Shown here: one piece after another, positions 12,387 through 24,581 of the stretch | Layout of the letters: each line of letters opens with the position of its first letter | Position numbering within the stretch: the first letter of the stretch is position 1 | NCBI GenBank assembly: GCA_973895155.1 | Contig: OZ316897.1 | Coordinates: 19,230,168 to 19,294,167, forward strand | Reading direction: 5' to 3' | Length of the DNA stretch: 64,000 nt | Origin: Marsupella aquatica | Lineage: Eukaryota; Plantae; Marchantiophyta | The notes under the pieces: model-generated | Databases searched by the model: none | Told to the model about the DNA's origin: nothing | The model's input: only the letters and a program-made list of their open reading frames with translations | Program-made: the position numbers and the translations under genes

Positions 12387-13340
12387 TCAAGCTGGCTGGC
12401 TTGTGTGGGATACAGGACGTTCTTTGCGGAGACGAGGTCGTGGCTTCAGGGGCGCAAAATGAAGTGCCTGCAAAGACACCATCTGCTGCAGAACAGAGAG
12501 CAGAGTCTGCTCAATAAGAATGCCATCAGGCTCCAACATTCCCAGGGCTCGAGCTATGGCTTCCATCGTGCTGACACAGCCAGCGAACGGTTCCTTTCTG
12601 ATGATCGAGCTCGAATCCCCCAGTCCCCAGCCCTCCCTCGTGATGTCGTGTGGAAAACACACCTGCTCCACAAACTCGCTCAGGAACGGCATGCTGGCCT
12701 TCACCATCTCTCTCGCGTGCTGCCATGTTCCGTCCACAATCAGTAAAACGATGTGCCCTGACTCCGCATCGCTGCTGCACACGCCCTTGAACCCCGAGCC
12801 TAATTGTCCAGAGTGCTTCCCAATCACTTCCTCTTCTTCACCGTCAGATCGGCCCACGAATTTCCCACCCGCCTTTCTTCCAAGGCAATCATCTGACTGC
12901 CGAATCTCGGCATCATTCTCCACGCATTGTGACATCCAAGTGCTTAGCTCAGTGGCGAAAGGCGTCGGGAAGAGGAGAAGCACCGATTTCCTGCGTCCGC
13001 ATGATCTGCATTGCCAACCGCAGGCGTCAACGGGAGGAGCAGAGTCTCCTTCTGCGGGGTTCAAAGATGCAGAAGAAGAAGGAGAGGAGGAAGAAGGCAA
13101 GGAGGGACGACTGAGCACATCGAGGAGCCGGGAGCTTCCGTGCTGGAGTCGACGGCCGACTATCACATCGACGTAGGAGAGGCAACGAGCGACGACTGGC
13201 ACTGTGGCGAGCTTCTGGCGAGTCTCATGCGGGTGCTGAAGGATGATGACTTTGGTGGCGGTCCGAATCGGCTGCGGAGGAAGCTGTGCGCACAGACACA
13301 CACGCAACGGCCGATTGCACGACGAGCACGTAGGTCTCAT
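12387..13340 (-). CDS. DTWD2: DTW-domain tRNA-uridine aminocarboxypropyltransferase (DTWD2/TapT-like)
   Basis: Single ORF with zinc knuckle CSSCNRPLRVCLC, IILQHPHE, LLLFP, LLIVDGTWQHA (DxTW) and IRKEP...CVSTMEAIARAL. The first in-frame ATG is at 13340; the track start at 13451 is a TTG. Confidence 0.92.
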   Translation of the reverse strand: MRPTCSSCNRPLRVCLCAQLPPQPIRTATKVIILQHPHETRQKLATVPVVARCLSYVDVIVGRRLQHGSSRLLDVLSRPSLPSSSSPSSSASLNPAEGDSAPPVDACGWQCRSCGRRKSVLLLFPTPFATELSTWMSQCVENDAEIRQSDDCLGRKAGGKFVGRSDGEEEEVIGKHSGQLGSGFKGVCSSDAESGHIVLLIVDGTWQHAREMVKASMPFLSEFVEQVCFPHDITREGWGLGDSSSIIRKEPFAGCVSTMEAIARALGMLEPDGILIEQTLLSVLQQMVSLQALHFAPLKPRPRLRKERPVSHTSQPA

Positions 13341-13379
13341 CGCCCGTCCTGCTCTCTGTACATCCAACAAATTTTGAAA

Positions 13380-13615
13380 CCAATTCTCTGAATGAGGCCT
13401 CTGGAGATCAAGCCTGTTACTGAACCTCTGCGAGTCAATTGCCACAGTCAATTATCCGAATGAAGCCACGAAAGAAATTCTCTGGGAATCAAGTCCGTTC
13501 ATGAAGCTCGGCGCATCAATTGCCCACAGCCAATTATCTGAATCAAGCCACGGAAGAAATTATCGGCGAATCGAGCCCGCCCGTGACTGAAGCTCTGTGC
13601 ATCAATTGCCACATT
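13380..13615. repeat. degenerate ~70-80 bp tandem repeat (about 3 copies) upstream of the DTW gene
   Basis: CAATT(A/C)TC(T/C)GAAT(G/C)A(A/G)GCC...GAA(C/G)CTC...CAATTGCC(C)ACA repeated three times. Confidence 0.65.
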
Positions 13616-13665
13616 CGGGCGTCTCACCTCTCAAAGCTTGAGCATTAATTGACACAATTAGGGAG

Positions 13666-13884
13666 TCTCAAAGCTTGGAAATTAGGGATATGGCATTATT
13701 TTGGTTATAAGCATAAGGTCATAACTTCTCAAAGCTAGGAAATTAGGGATATGGCATTTGGTCATAAAGTCTCAAAGCTTGGAAATTAGGGATATAGCAT
13801 TTGGTCATAAACTTAAGGTCGTAACTTCTCAAAGCTTGGTAACTAGGGATATGGCATTTGGTTATAAACATAAGGTCATAACTT
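13666..13884. repeat. tandem repeat of TCTCAAAGCTTGGAAATTAGGGATATGGCATTTGGT(T/C)ATAA..., about 4 copies
   Basis: Unit recurs at about 13666, 13727, 13770 and 13827. Confidence 0.85.
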
Positions 13885-14949
13885 TTTCACAAGAAACCAC
13901 AACTCCTTGTAAAAGAGGCTCTGCTCAAAGTGGAGGGCTCATTCTGACAGATTTCTTCCTCAAAACTCTTATTCAAATTTGAATTCCTTCTATTTTGGCT
14001 GTGCATTTTTGTTTGCATTCAGCCATCTCATGAGTCTAGTTTAGAAGGCCATCTAGGGCTCAAAAGAAAGATCCCAACTAGATCTACAGCTGAGTTTTTT
14101 CCATTTGGAAAACAAACAAACATTATTCTGGTCTTGTTGGGTTCTGAGATGCCCCAATGATTCCTCAATTGCCAGATTATTGCAGGTCTATAGTTACTTT
14201 AATGTTGCCTGTGTGCTCTATGTTGAAGAAGTCTACAACAGACAATTGATAAGGACACTGAAATATGTTTTTCACCCTGTCTCAATTATGTGTACTGTGG
14301 AGAGAAGAATCCCTATGCACAATCCCAGTACATTTGCCATAGCCTGGCAAGCTTGCAAGCTCCACTACTACACATTCTCTTCCTCTGAATCTGCTCTAAC
14401 TCCTGAAACTGATAGCTAAGTATGATATCTAAGTATGAAGAGACCGAAGTGCTCCCACAACTGAGGTATGCCCCCTCTCCACTAGTCAAACCTTAGCAGC
14501 CCTTGACCATGGTGAAGTTGCAGTGTACCTTACCTAACTAGGCACTTGAGTTAAGTACTAACACTCTAATGCTGTAAGTTGTAATCTGGAGTGAGATTGA
14601 CAGTGACTATTGAGCAAGCAAGGTGGCGGGAAGAAGCACCCAACCAGCAGGCAGTTTCTGTCCTCAACTGCCTTCTTTAGAAGATGGGTGACTGTTGCAG
14701 TACAGAGGGCTCAGGCAAGTATTGCTCGATTTGTTGTTCTTCATAAAGCAAAGACTATCGGTTTAAAATTAATGACGAAAGCCAATCTTGAGGGTAATCA
14801 ATGTTAATCTGCATTGATTACCCCATAAGTGTTGCCTGTTGCCCGCTTGTGCTGGATTTGATTTGAGGTTAAATACCTGGCACAAATGCACATTGACACG
14901 AATTGGGGAAAGGCTCAGTGGTAGCCCAGTTTAGTTGGGGAGTGGGAGG

Positions 14950-15064
14950 TCTCATTCACCCCACCCATAAAGCAAGGATCATTCATGCTAGTAACATTCC
15001 AAAAAATCTCATTCACCCCACCCATAAAGCAAGGATCATTCATGCTAGTAACATTCCAAAAAAA
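14950..15064. repeat. perfect 57-bp tandem duplication
   Basis: TCTCATTCACCCCACCCATAAAGCAAGGATCATTCATGCTAGTAACATTCCAAAAAA twice in a row. Confidence 0.92.
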
Positions 15065-16475
15065 ATTGTGAGAGGACTGGCAATAGGAGCAGGCAGGGTG
15101 TACCAGAGGCTCTTAATGAGCCTCCAGATTGCCCTTTGCAATGAATAGTTTAAAGCTCTCAAGACAAATTCCTCTTGATGGTCCACCTGTGCAGTTTACT
15201 TCGAAGCTTTCCCATGAGTATTAGTTTGCTTTTCAATATTAATCTGAATGGGTTTGTACTTTTGCATTTGTTGAAGACTCTCCGGCTTAGTGGCTCTTTT
15301 AATAGATAATAATTTTGTTCAAATTTGATCCGTGGAACAAAGCATCTTTCTTTCCCACAAAGTACATAAAGAGGCATATATTGATATATTTAAAGGACAG
15401 AGTACTCCTACCTGGAACCTAATGTTATGACCGTCCAGCATCAAGTATAACTATAGATATTTAAGTTTTTCTTTTTCTTTCTTTCTTTAGTTTCGATGAG
15501 TGAGATTCTCTAAACCTTGATGATTCTTTAAAAAAACAATCCGTCCAATGAAGAAATGTAACTGCGATGCATGAAGGGACACCTTTGTATTTTCATCTGA
15601 GAGAGATTCCAATGGGTGTGGTAAATGTGTCATTTATTTTCACAACTCTCTTGTAGGGACTCAATTTTCTGTGTCTGTGGAGCATTCTCATTTGACATTG
15701 GAGTTGTGTCAAACGAGCTACACGGGAATCTATCCTATCAAAGGGCACAATTCGGAAACTTGGTGCCATTTAAGTAAAGAAAATGGATAAATTGAACCTA
15801 AATCTGTTATCTGCGTTTTCTATTTATAAGCCGCACTATAGGAACCCAATACACCAGAGATCAATAACCCAGTCATACACCAAGTTGGACTAACCTTTTC
15901 ATAAAAGGAAGAAAATCCAAGACACTGCAAAATCCACCAGACTTCTAGGGACGTAGAAACTGACAAAGGCACAAAATGTCACTGGGAAATTTATGCCAAG
16001 GAGAGCCCCAACTTCTAAATTTTGTAAAGGTGTGCAAAAGTTCCATGTGACCATTACTCTAGGTCTTTAAGCCATCTTCAGTACAAATTCCAAGTTTCAA
16101 TGATTCCTTTGATTCTCCATGTCACGCTCTCATTGGCAGAAGGTCTACATCTTCAGGCTCCCAAGAATTCACATAACCTACACATACTATTATGAAGCGC
16201 TTTCATGCCTGAAAATTTGTTCAAATGAGCATCGCGATTATAAATGTTATTGATCCAACCAGCAAGTCAAGATCACCAAGAATTTATGAATCAGGTGGTT
16301 GCCAACAAACGCAATCATGGAATGATAAGTGAGATTACGTAAAGGTATGAAAAAACATACATTACTATGGGTTGTATTATAGATTCCAGAGAACAAGGAG
16401 ATATTACACATTCATCATATTCAATTTGCCAAGCGTTAATTGTCAGCTTGTTCTACAAAATTATATCCAAAATGA

Positions 16476-19283
16476 ATGACGACTCTTGTGGTGATGATTA
16501 TCATCATGAGTATCACATGTTTTTTAAGTACCCCAAGTGCCGAAACAAGGAAAGAAGGAACCTCCCTCAGTTTTCCTTCATTTGTGGAGAAGGACATAGA
16601 TAAAATCAAATTACTTCATAATGCACTTATTGACAATCTCCATGGGACATTGAATCTAACAAACCCACATCATCCCTTATGCCAAAGGAGTAGTTGCATA
16701 GGGCAGGCCGTCTTCTTACAAGCACTTCCACTTGGACATAATGGCCTGAGGGAGACCTACTCATTTAGTACCTCCCTGGCCTTCTCTATAGCTTCACAAA
16801 ACACATCTAAGGCCCTTCAACCTGGACAGGAATTTGTGATTTTCCTGACAAACTCAACAAATCGCAAAGGCCTTCGACCAAATTGTGGGAAGGGAAACGG
16901 CTTTTGTTCTTTCTCCAAATTACACAAGCTAATGGCATACACGTTTGCTATAAAGTTTGGCACCTATCGTGATCCGGAGCCTTCTGGTATTGATTCCAAT
17001 TACATAGGAATAGACATTCACTATGTTGATTCCAGCCACCACAAGACTGCCAAATCAATTGACACTGAGCTTGAAGATGGAGTAGTGACATACACTTGGA
17101 TTGATTATAGTGACCCCCTCAAGTTGCTACAAGTGAGGTTAAGCAACCAAAATGTCAGACCTTTGAGACCACTCATAAGTTTATCACTTGACTTACCAAA
17201 CATATTTGATGACTTTGTGTATATAGGGTTCACTGGAACCTCTGAGAACTCCAAAGAAGTGGTGGCTTTACATACCTGGTCATTTCATTCCACACTTGAA
17301 CATGTACCTTCTCCACCAATTCTCAATGATATTGCCTCTCATATAGTCAAAATCTTTCCAGTTGATTCTAAGCATTTTCCCCACAATCAGAACCAAAATA
17401 AGTCTGTTCTTGAACCTTCCAAAACCCAGCTACGCAACCCTCTACGTTTGCCTCCTCTTGAAGAACTGGCACTATCATCTACCTTTTCTCTCCTAAAAAA
17501 TAAATTACATCCCCTACCAAGAGATAATCAAGCACTGACACCGCCTGTAGTACAGGATTCAAACAACATCACAGTGTTACAAAATGATTCACCTCTGCTA
17601 TTGCCCTATGCCATCCAAACAGATCTACAAAATGAAAAAATACAAACCCAAAAGGAGCCACCAGCGCATCATAGCTCTGGAGGCAAAGTGGCTGGAATTG
17701 TCATAGGAGTTCTGGCATTTTTTGTGTTGTGTTGCCTTGGGGTGAGGTACACAAAGTTAGGACCCTATTTGTGTGAGAAGAGAGCAAGGGTATTAAGTGG
17801 CAAGGAAACCATTTGGAGCTCAATTAGAGATCTATTCAGAGGAAGATGTAGGAAAAGGCCAGTATATGTAGTTAATCTAACTAATGAAGAAGCCAGAGAA
17901 TTGATTCTAATGAATGACATTGAATCCTTGCTCACCTCAAAGCAAAGAGCTCCCAAAACTTCTACACTTTTGGGAACTAAAATGTACACTAATACACTGT
18001 ATGATTATCCTAGTGAGATCCGTCAGACAAATTTTGAAAGTAGGATGGGTCGTAAGAAAGAGGATCCTGAGGTTGAATACTTGCCCTATGAAGATTTTTC
18101 ATTTCTTTACCCCAAGAGCTCAGATGTTTCCAACATGCAAGGTAGCTCAAATTTATCTTCAAATATTCAGTACCAACTGCCTGCTCGAAGCAATAAAATT
18201 GGCTACTACAGAGATAACACTGGGATTTTTGCACCTCCACTTACACCTAGAGAAGACCTTGATACCAACAGGAAACGCAAGGGGAAACAGTCACATCGAA
18301 TGGATAAGATTAGAGAAGAAAAGCATATTCAAAATCTGGGTGGTATAGATGAAGACTTTGCCCAAAAGGTTCTGAAAAGATTGAATGATTTGAGTCAAGA
18401 GTCAGTCACATCACAAAAGGACCTTAATCAAGACATTGATCTGGGTAAAAATTTAGCACACCATGAGACTTCATCTATAATTCAAATTGATGGTAAAAAA
18501 TATATTGTAAATGAGGATGGAATCTATGAAGAGATTATCAAGGAAGCCCCAAAAAATTGTACGGGTTGCATTGGGACTTCAAAAAAATCCAAATATGACT
18601 TCAAATTTGATAGAGTTTTAGCAAGGTCAAATATTCCTACCATGATTGAGGTTGACGACATTCATGGAAAGCATATTCTTAATTTAGATAATATTCATGA
18701 TGAAGAAACAACCCAAGATGCTACAGGGAAGAGGATTAAGTCCTTTGAAAGGTCACTGATGTCAAAAAGACCCTCCAAAAGTGATTGTTGTGGTAAAAAG
18801 AGCTTGACAGAGAAGACTCCTTCATATAAAAAAGGAAAACAAATTGTGGACTTTAATAGTTTGTATGACGAAGCAACACAAGAGGCTACTCAAAAATTGA
18901 TTGACTCTATCAAGAGTTCAGTGAAAGCTAAAGAGAAAGTGGATTCTGACAAGGCAAAAGTTTCATCAAGAAAAGACGGCAATGATCAGGAGTACCACTT
19001 TAAAAATGATGTAATATTAACAAGGGAAGAAGATCAATTGAGAAAAGTGCTCCTTGCCAGAGGTTATTCTGAAGAGTCTGCTGGCTTAATCTCAAAATTG
19101 ATTGAATCCAATGCCCCCACCACAAAAACCAACAAGGGGAGTGAAAGGAGCTCAAAGGGTAGTGAAGGGAGCTCAAAGAGGAGTGAAAGGAGTGATCAAA
19201 CCCATGATTCATGTCTTGTGAGGAAAAGGAAAAGGCAGGAAGAAGAAAAAATTGTGAGTAATCCAGATTCATTTGTGCAGTGA
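16476..19283 (+). CDS. L-type (legume) lectin receptor-like protein: signal peptide, lectin domain, TM helix, long cytoplasmic tail
   Basis: Hydrophobic N-terminus; legume-lectin motifs SFSTSLAFSI, FAIKFGTY, NYIGIDI, YTWIDYS, YIGFTGTS, LHTWSFHS; Pro-rich stalk; TM VAGIVIGVLAFFVLCCLGV; 935-aa open frame. Confidence 0.88.
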   Translation: MTTLVVMIIIMSITCFLSTPSAETRKEGTSLSFPSFVEKDIDKIKLLHNALIDNLHGTLNLTNPHHPLCQRSSCIGQAVFLQALPLGHNGLRETYSFSTSLAFSIASQNTSKALQPGQEFVIFLTNSTNRKGLRPNCGKGNGFCSFSKLHKLMAYTFAIKFGTYRDPEPSGIDSNYIGIDIHYVDSSHHKTAKSIDTELEDGVVTYTWIDYSDPLKLLQVRLSNQNVRPLRPLISLSLDLPNIFDDFVYIGFTGTSENSKEVVALHTWSFHSTLEHVPSPPILNDIASHIVKIFPVDSKHFPHNQNQNKSVLEPSKTQLRNPLRLPPLEELALSSTFSLLKNKLHPLPRDNQALTPPVVQDSNNITVLQNDSPLLLPYAIQTDLQNEKIQTQKEPPAHHSSGGKVAGIVIGVLAFFVLCCLGVRYTKLGPYLCEKRARVLSGKETIWSSIRDLFRGRCRKRPVYVVNLTNEEARELILMNDIESLLTSKQRAPKTSTLLGTKMYTNTLYDYPSEIRQTNFESRMGRKKEDPEVEYLPYEDFSFLYPKSSDVSNMQGSSNLSSNIQYQLPARSNKIGYYRDNTGIFAPPLTPREDLDTNRKRKGKQSHRMDKIREEKHIQNLGGIDEDFAQKVLKRLNDLSQESVTSQKDLNQDIDLGKNLAHHETSSIIQIDGKKYIVNEDGIYEEIIKEAPKNCTGCIGTSKKSKYDFKFDRVLARSNIPTMIEVDDIHGKHILNLDNIHDEETTQDATGKRIKSFERSLMSKRPSKSDCCGKKSLTEKTPSYKKGKQIVDFNSLYDEATQEATQKLIDSIKSSVKAKEKVDSDKAKVSSRKDGNDQEYHFKNDVILTREEDQLRKVLLARGYSEESAGLISKLIESNAPTTKTNKGSERSSKGSEGSSKRSERSDQTHDSCLVRKRKRQEEEKIVSNPDSFVQ

Positions 19284-19427
19284 AGTTCTTATTGTTAGTA
19301 TATACTTGAATAAAATTGTCAGTGATGAAAGCTTAATACATCTCACCTCAGTCTTAGCCAGTTGATGCTATCAACTAGTACAGTCTAAGTTTGGTGTGAG
19401 CTACCCTAGGACTAAGATTGATTTTGG

Positions 19428-20909
19428 ATGGGGAAGTGGGGGGGTTCCCAAGCAGATGCGTCTTGTCAATCGGATATTGAAAGGGAGATTACTTCGAGCT
19501 CAACTCCAAAATCTACAAGAAGTAAGGATGAAGAATCTGACCCCCTAAGTGAAGAAACAAGTACACATACAACAGAGCAAGATATAGCAAAGCCTGCTTG
19601 GCGATATAAGTACGAGGAAATTAAAAAGGCAACTGATGATTTTGCAAAGTCTCTTAAAATTGGGAAAGGTCCTATAGGAGCATTTTACAAGGGAATGCTA
19701 CCCAAATCCAACATCAATATAGCAGTGAAACTAATAACTCACAGCACAAGACAAAGACCGTCCCTTACTGAGATTTCTACTTTAAGCCAAATTGAGCATC
19801 TAAATCTTGTAAAGTTACTTGGCTATTGCAAGAATAGTTTAGGGAAGTATTATGTTATTTATGAGTGGATACCCGGAGGGAGTCTAGACAAGGCTCTATT
19901 TGAGAGAAAGCCAGCTCAGACCATTGTACCTTGGACAAAACGATTTGCCATACTTAGGGGGGTGGCACGAGCTTTGCAGCATCTTCATGAAAATGGAGAG
20001 AAGCCAATCATCCATAGAAATGTGAAAGCAAGTATTTCAAGCAAGTGGATTTCTAAGAATGACATGGAAAGTTCAACATCAACAGCTAACACAATTGCAA
20101 GTTCCAACAACTGCATTGGAATTTCTAAGCGTGACATGGAAAGTTCAACATCAACAGCTAACACAGTTGCAAGTTCAAACAACTGTATTGGAATTTTTAA
20201 GCGTGACATGGAAACCTCAACATCCATGGATTTTCATACTACTAGTGGGACCTTTATCGAAACGGACAACAAAATGGATAGTAGTTCTGCTACATTGAAA
20301 AACCTGAGTGTAGTATCAAAGTTTTTTCAAGAAGGCCATTCTAGGCAAGTAATTGAAAATCCCAAGGAGGAGCTCAGAGAACCATCAAGGGGCCAATCCG
20401 TGAGGAGCTTGCTACCATTTGAAATACAGCAAACTCTTACATTTAACACTCTCTTTAAGACATTTGAAGAAGAAGCACAAGACAAAGAAACATTACTGTC
20501 ACCAAAAGTTATCCATCCCAGCGTTGATGATAATTCGAGTACATCTTCCTCAAGTTGCTCCCTTCAAAGTTGTCCTTTGTTAACACAAATGAATAATTAT
20601 GACAGTGTTGAGATGGAGACAAGGAATAATATTCTTATTCCCGATCCTTATTATAGAAAGCTATCAACTAATTCTTCCCCATACAATATTTTGCCTCCTA
20701 TGCTAATAGAGATTTCAACTACTCTTCCTGCCAGTCAGTTTGTTCCACCGTTGGAGTGGGAAGATTCAATTTGCACTTGCCCTGAAGAGTCATACCCAAA
20801 GGAAAAAGAACAAGAGGAACAATCAATGCTACAACATGATTCTGCACCAAAAAAACAATCCAGTTTTCTTTCGTCCCCTCCGCCTCCTTCCTTCGGTGAC
20901 AATCTATGA
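19428..20909 (+). CDS. receptor-kinase N-lobe to subdomain VIb followed by a non-kinase Ser-rich tail; probable second exon of the lectin receptor
   Basis: YEEIKKATDDF, IGKGPIGAFYKG, IAVKLI, EISTLSQIEHLNLVKLLGYC, YEWIPGGSLDKALF, RGVARALQHLHE, IIHRNVKAS; no DFG or later subdomains. The exact splice to the upstream ORF is unresolved. Confidence 0.8.
   Translation: MGKWGGSQADASCQSDIEREITSSSTPKSTRSKDEESDPLSEETSTHTTEQDIAKPAWRYKYEEIKKATDDFAKSLKIGKGPIGAFYKGMLPKSNINIAVKLITHSTRQRPSLTEISTLSQIEHLNLVKLLGYCKNSLGKYYVIYEWIPGGSLDKALFERKPAQTIVPWTKRFAILRGVARALQHLHENGEKPIIHRNVKASISSKWISKNDMESSTSTANTIASSNNCIGISKRDMESSTSTANTVASSNNCIGIFKRDMETSTSMDFHTTSGTFIETDNKMDSSSATLKNLSVVSKFFQEGHSRQVIENPKEELREPSRGQSVRSLLPFEIQQTLTFNTLFKTFEEEAQDKETLLSPKVIHPSVDDNSSTSSSSCSLQSCPLLTQMNNYDSVEMETRNNILIPDPYYRKLSTNSSPYNILPPMLIEISTTLPASQFVPPLEWEDSICTCPEESYPKEKEQEEQSMLQHDSAPKKQSSFLSSPPPPSFGDNL
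20048..20225 (+). repeat. 72-bp (24-aa) coding tandem repeat, about 2.5 copies
   Basis: ISKNDMESSTSTANTIASSNNCIG / ISKRDMESSTSTANTVASSNNCIG / IFKRDMETSTS. Confidence 0.9.
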
Positions 20910-23900
20910 GACACATCAACTATGTTCAAGTTGGCATAATATGCATGTGCAAGACGGGTGTAACCAGCAATGGTTGCAAAGTTTACTAAGTCCTTTCTTT
21001 TGGCTGGAAGGAAATGCAATGGTCCTAGCAATGGTTCGACATGCTGAATGGCAAAACATCAGACTCCAAATGCAATAACTCAAGCCCCCATGTTTTATTT
21101 TCTCTCTTGAGACATGTGTGTGTGTGTGCCTGATGGTCTGGGTACTTGAAGTTATATATTTCCACTCATGAAAGGAAGAAATTATGATTGCTTGAATGGT
21201 TGTAAAGGAGAGAACATTACAGAATATGCCAAACCTGTAGGGCAAGATGGATTTCTCTTTGTACTTAAGTTCAAAGATTTGGCCATATATATGTTCAGCT
21301 TTGTGAAAAAGCTTAGACGGATACAAACTTTACTTCTACCTGAGATCTGATCACAAGCATCAACAGAAAAGGAAGCAGGGAGAATGTTACGCCAAATGCT
21401 GCTTGCAGTCTTTGATAAGTGAGTATTTCGGTACGTGGAGAAATGTAGACGTGGAACATATTCATTGTTGATCCATAGAAATGGAGTATTAGTAATCCTT
21501 GATCTTAGCCTACCTTTGATTGTGGGTGTTGAGGTCACCAAAATGAACATCAAACATACGTTACTGTTGTAAAGTTCTTCAAGATAATTGAAGAAATGAC
21601 AATCTATATATACTTCATGACAAAAGGATCAATCAAGAGCCCAAATGGGAAGCTCCCATATGTTTGACTCTGCAATAAGAAGGTGATTTGTCAAAAACTA
21701 TAATGGAAACAAATGTTTTGACGGCCGTGTTTTGTCTGCTAAACAAACTAGCTCAAGCTTGTTTAACTCTTGTTTCCTTTTCTAATAGAAGAACGATGTT
21801 GATGCAAGCATAATTGAGAGAATAAAATGGGGGTATTAATTGGAATCTCACAGCATATAAAACAATCCCCAAACAAGTATTTGGTAGTTTCAATTGCATT
21901 GGGATAGAAATGTTGCTCATATAGTGATCTAGAACTGTATAAGCAACATATAGTTTACATCAAGGTGTCAGCGTAATGGGTGTGATACACTTACAAGTCT
22001 TCTCTTACAGTGTTCTTAAATTTGGATGTCTTACTAGACAGTCACTCTGGGGTAATTTCCTCAAAACTTGGATCCAAAAGAGTCAATCCAAGCCATCACA
22101 TTGATCTCCATCCAACCAAATAGCTCATTTTTCTAATGATAAAGTTGCATTGTTTCCCTGTTTCTTCCATTGCTTTACAGATGATAGCTGCTCCCTAAGT
22201 CCCATGGATTCCATTATATTACCAGCTTTAAAGCTGGCCACCCCCTCGCGTTTTGGCCAAAACTCTGAGGTATGTGTATTGTATGGTCCACTGAAGGTGT
22301 GGTCTCTCAATTCAATTGATTTTTACCATTCCAATTAGGGAACGTTAAATTGAATTACAGCTTGCCTTCTTGATGACTTTTAATTTTCCTAAATTGCATT
22401 GTATCTGGTCTACAAATAATCAAGGTAGTTAATATGCTACTGGGGCTAAATGTTCTTTGATTTAGGCCTCAAATGATTTAGGCCAATATTAAATAGATAC
22501 ACCTATAGCAATACTACCATAGCCCCTTATAGTTGGATTTACTTGTTTTGTAGTCCATATCTATATGCCCTGTAGGCTTCCCTCCATCTGTGGGGTTCAC
22601 AGGACAATACTGTTTTTAATTTGAAATCCATGATTATGAATGAGGATGAAAGAGAATAAATATTTGACAGGCGCGGGATAGCACTTGAATTGACATTGAC
22701 AGTTTGAGTTTAATTTGCTTGCCCAATGATGTGTGTTGCTAAACAGAAGCCAAAGCTGGAGTTTATGCTTCTAGAGTGAAGCCTCAATACCGTGACTCTA
22801 GGGCCCCACCAAAGGCCCCACCAAAATCTACGTGCATGAAAAGAATGATGTGCATGGAAAGGAGAATGACATATTATGTATGTTTATAATGATGACATGT
22901 ACAATGGTTTTTGTCATCATTTCATTAATATTGAAAGACCCGGCATTTAGGCTTGTTTGTACAGAAAGAGGTTGATTTTCAGATATACCACAGCATTTGG
23001 TCTAAGGACTCCAATGGACCAAACATTTCTGGACATTAAAAATGGTGAGCATTCCTGCAAAGGGATATCATTCTGCTGTTTGAATATCAACTATTTTTCA
23101 AAGGGTTCATGCAGAATTTGGTATTCAATTCATTTGAGCATCTCACCTGTCAAATGGTGCCGTCCTATGCTTTGGTTTCCATTTTGAGACCTACTCTTTC
23201 TCATATGAGATTGCGTACGTCCTTCTTTTCAATTTTGTTTTAAGGAAGCCCACACAGATCAAATCAATAAAAGGAGGGCACAAGCTCAAGTACAATTGTA
23301 TCTGATTAAGCAACTGCTTGGAAAGAACTAGACATTCCCCAAGAGAATACATGGCCCACATGCAATAGCCAAGCCAAATGAGAGATTTCCAAAGAGCTAG
23401 ACATTGCCCACATGTCAATAGCCAAGCCAAATGAGAGATTTCCACCATGTCGAAGGCAAGTATAGCATAAGTCACGTAACATGAATTTTCTCGTGGCAAT
23501 CATCTGCTAACATTCCTTAAGGGTTTTGCATTCAAGAATTGACTTCGGCAAGGGTAGGATTGAGTAAAGTATTGAGTTGCCACGGCACACCTGTCCAGCA
23601 TCTAACTCTTGACCAGCTGAAGCTAAATGAAGAGCTTCAATTCTCTTTTGAATTTCTGAGGGAACCAATTGCTTATCTGAATTATGTGCTCAAGCGTATG
23701 ACCTTGAACAAATTTGTCAGGATGCGGTTGTTGTCTTGACATGGAAATGGGGCACGAGGTGGAAGAGGAGTTTGATTTCAACTTCACGGTTTATTTCAAG
23801 GTCACGGATGAACCTTTTGATCTTGAGTAAAAAAATTCAGAATCGATCTAGACGTGGAAGTATGACAAAGTTTACATTTCCAGAAAGAGTTGCGCCAATC

Positions 23901-24581
23901 AATTTGAAAGTTGTGCATAACGTACAAATATCATCATAGATACTTCATCCATCAATCCTACAGCAAACAATTACACAGCTCAAAATGTGACAGAAATCTT
24001 GCCTCTTCACTTGATCTGAGGGAGCTTCACAAATCCACGGCAGAACTTAAGAACCAAGAACGTATGTGGCATTTCAAAAATCACACCTATCTGTAAATGA
24101 TGCTGTCCAGTTGCCCAAATTGTTGACGAGGTTCAGGACATATTCGGCCAACATTCTCTCAAAACGGAACATAGCGATCAGCATGGAGCCCAAAATGTCG
24201 AGAACAGGCCCGTGTTTTCCCACAATTTCCGAAAAAAACAATTGGCGTGAAGTCCCTAACTTAAACTCTCTGCAGGAAATGGAGATGGCCCTTGATAATC
24301 CTGCTCTTAGATCTGTGAACTCTGTTTTGCAAAACCTTTTCGAAGATGCTTCCAAAGTATTTACTTCCCGGCACGCAGACGTCGGCTTGTCCTCTTGACG
24401 TCCCAGAAATACTTGTTCAAGATCCTCCAACCTCCTCTTCAGCTTGGATGGGCGTATGGTAAGCGTTTCTCTATCCGAAGTATGCTTCCAGTAAAGAACT
24501 TAGAGAGCGGGAGTGCGTATTTTGTCTGCACAAGGGTCGATGGAGCTGCTCACAAATTTAAGAACTGCCGTAAGCTTCGTC

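Noticed and set aside
12405-13391. Plus-strand ORFs overlapping the DTW gene (such as 12520-13176)
   Set aside because: Antisense shadows; only the minus frame has conserved DTW motifs.
23539-24430. ORFs downstream of CSN5 (24074-24430 minus; 23539-23939 and 24066-24398 plus)
   Set aside because: Some protein-like stretches but no recognisable motif, ATG context or consistent exon chain; left unassigned, BLASTX would settle it.
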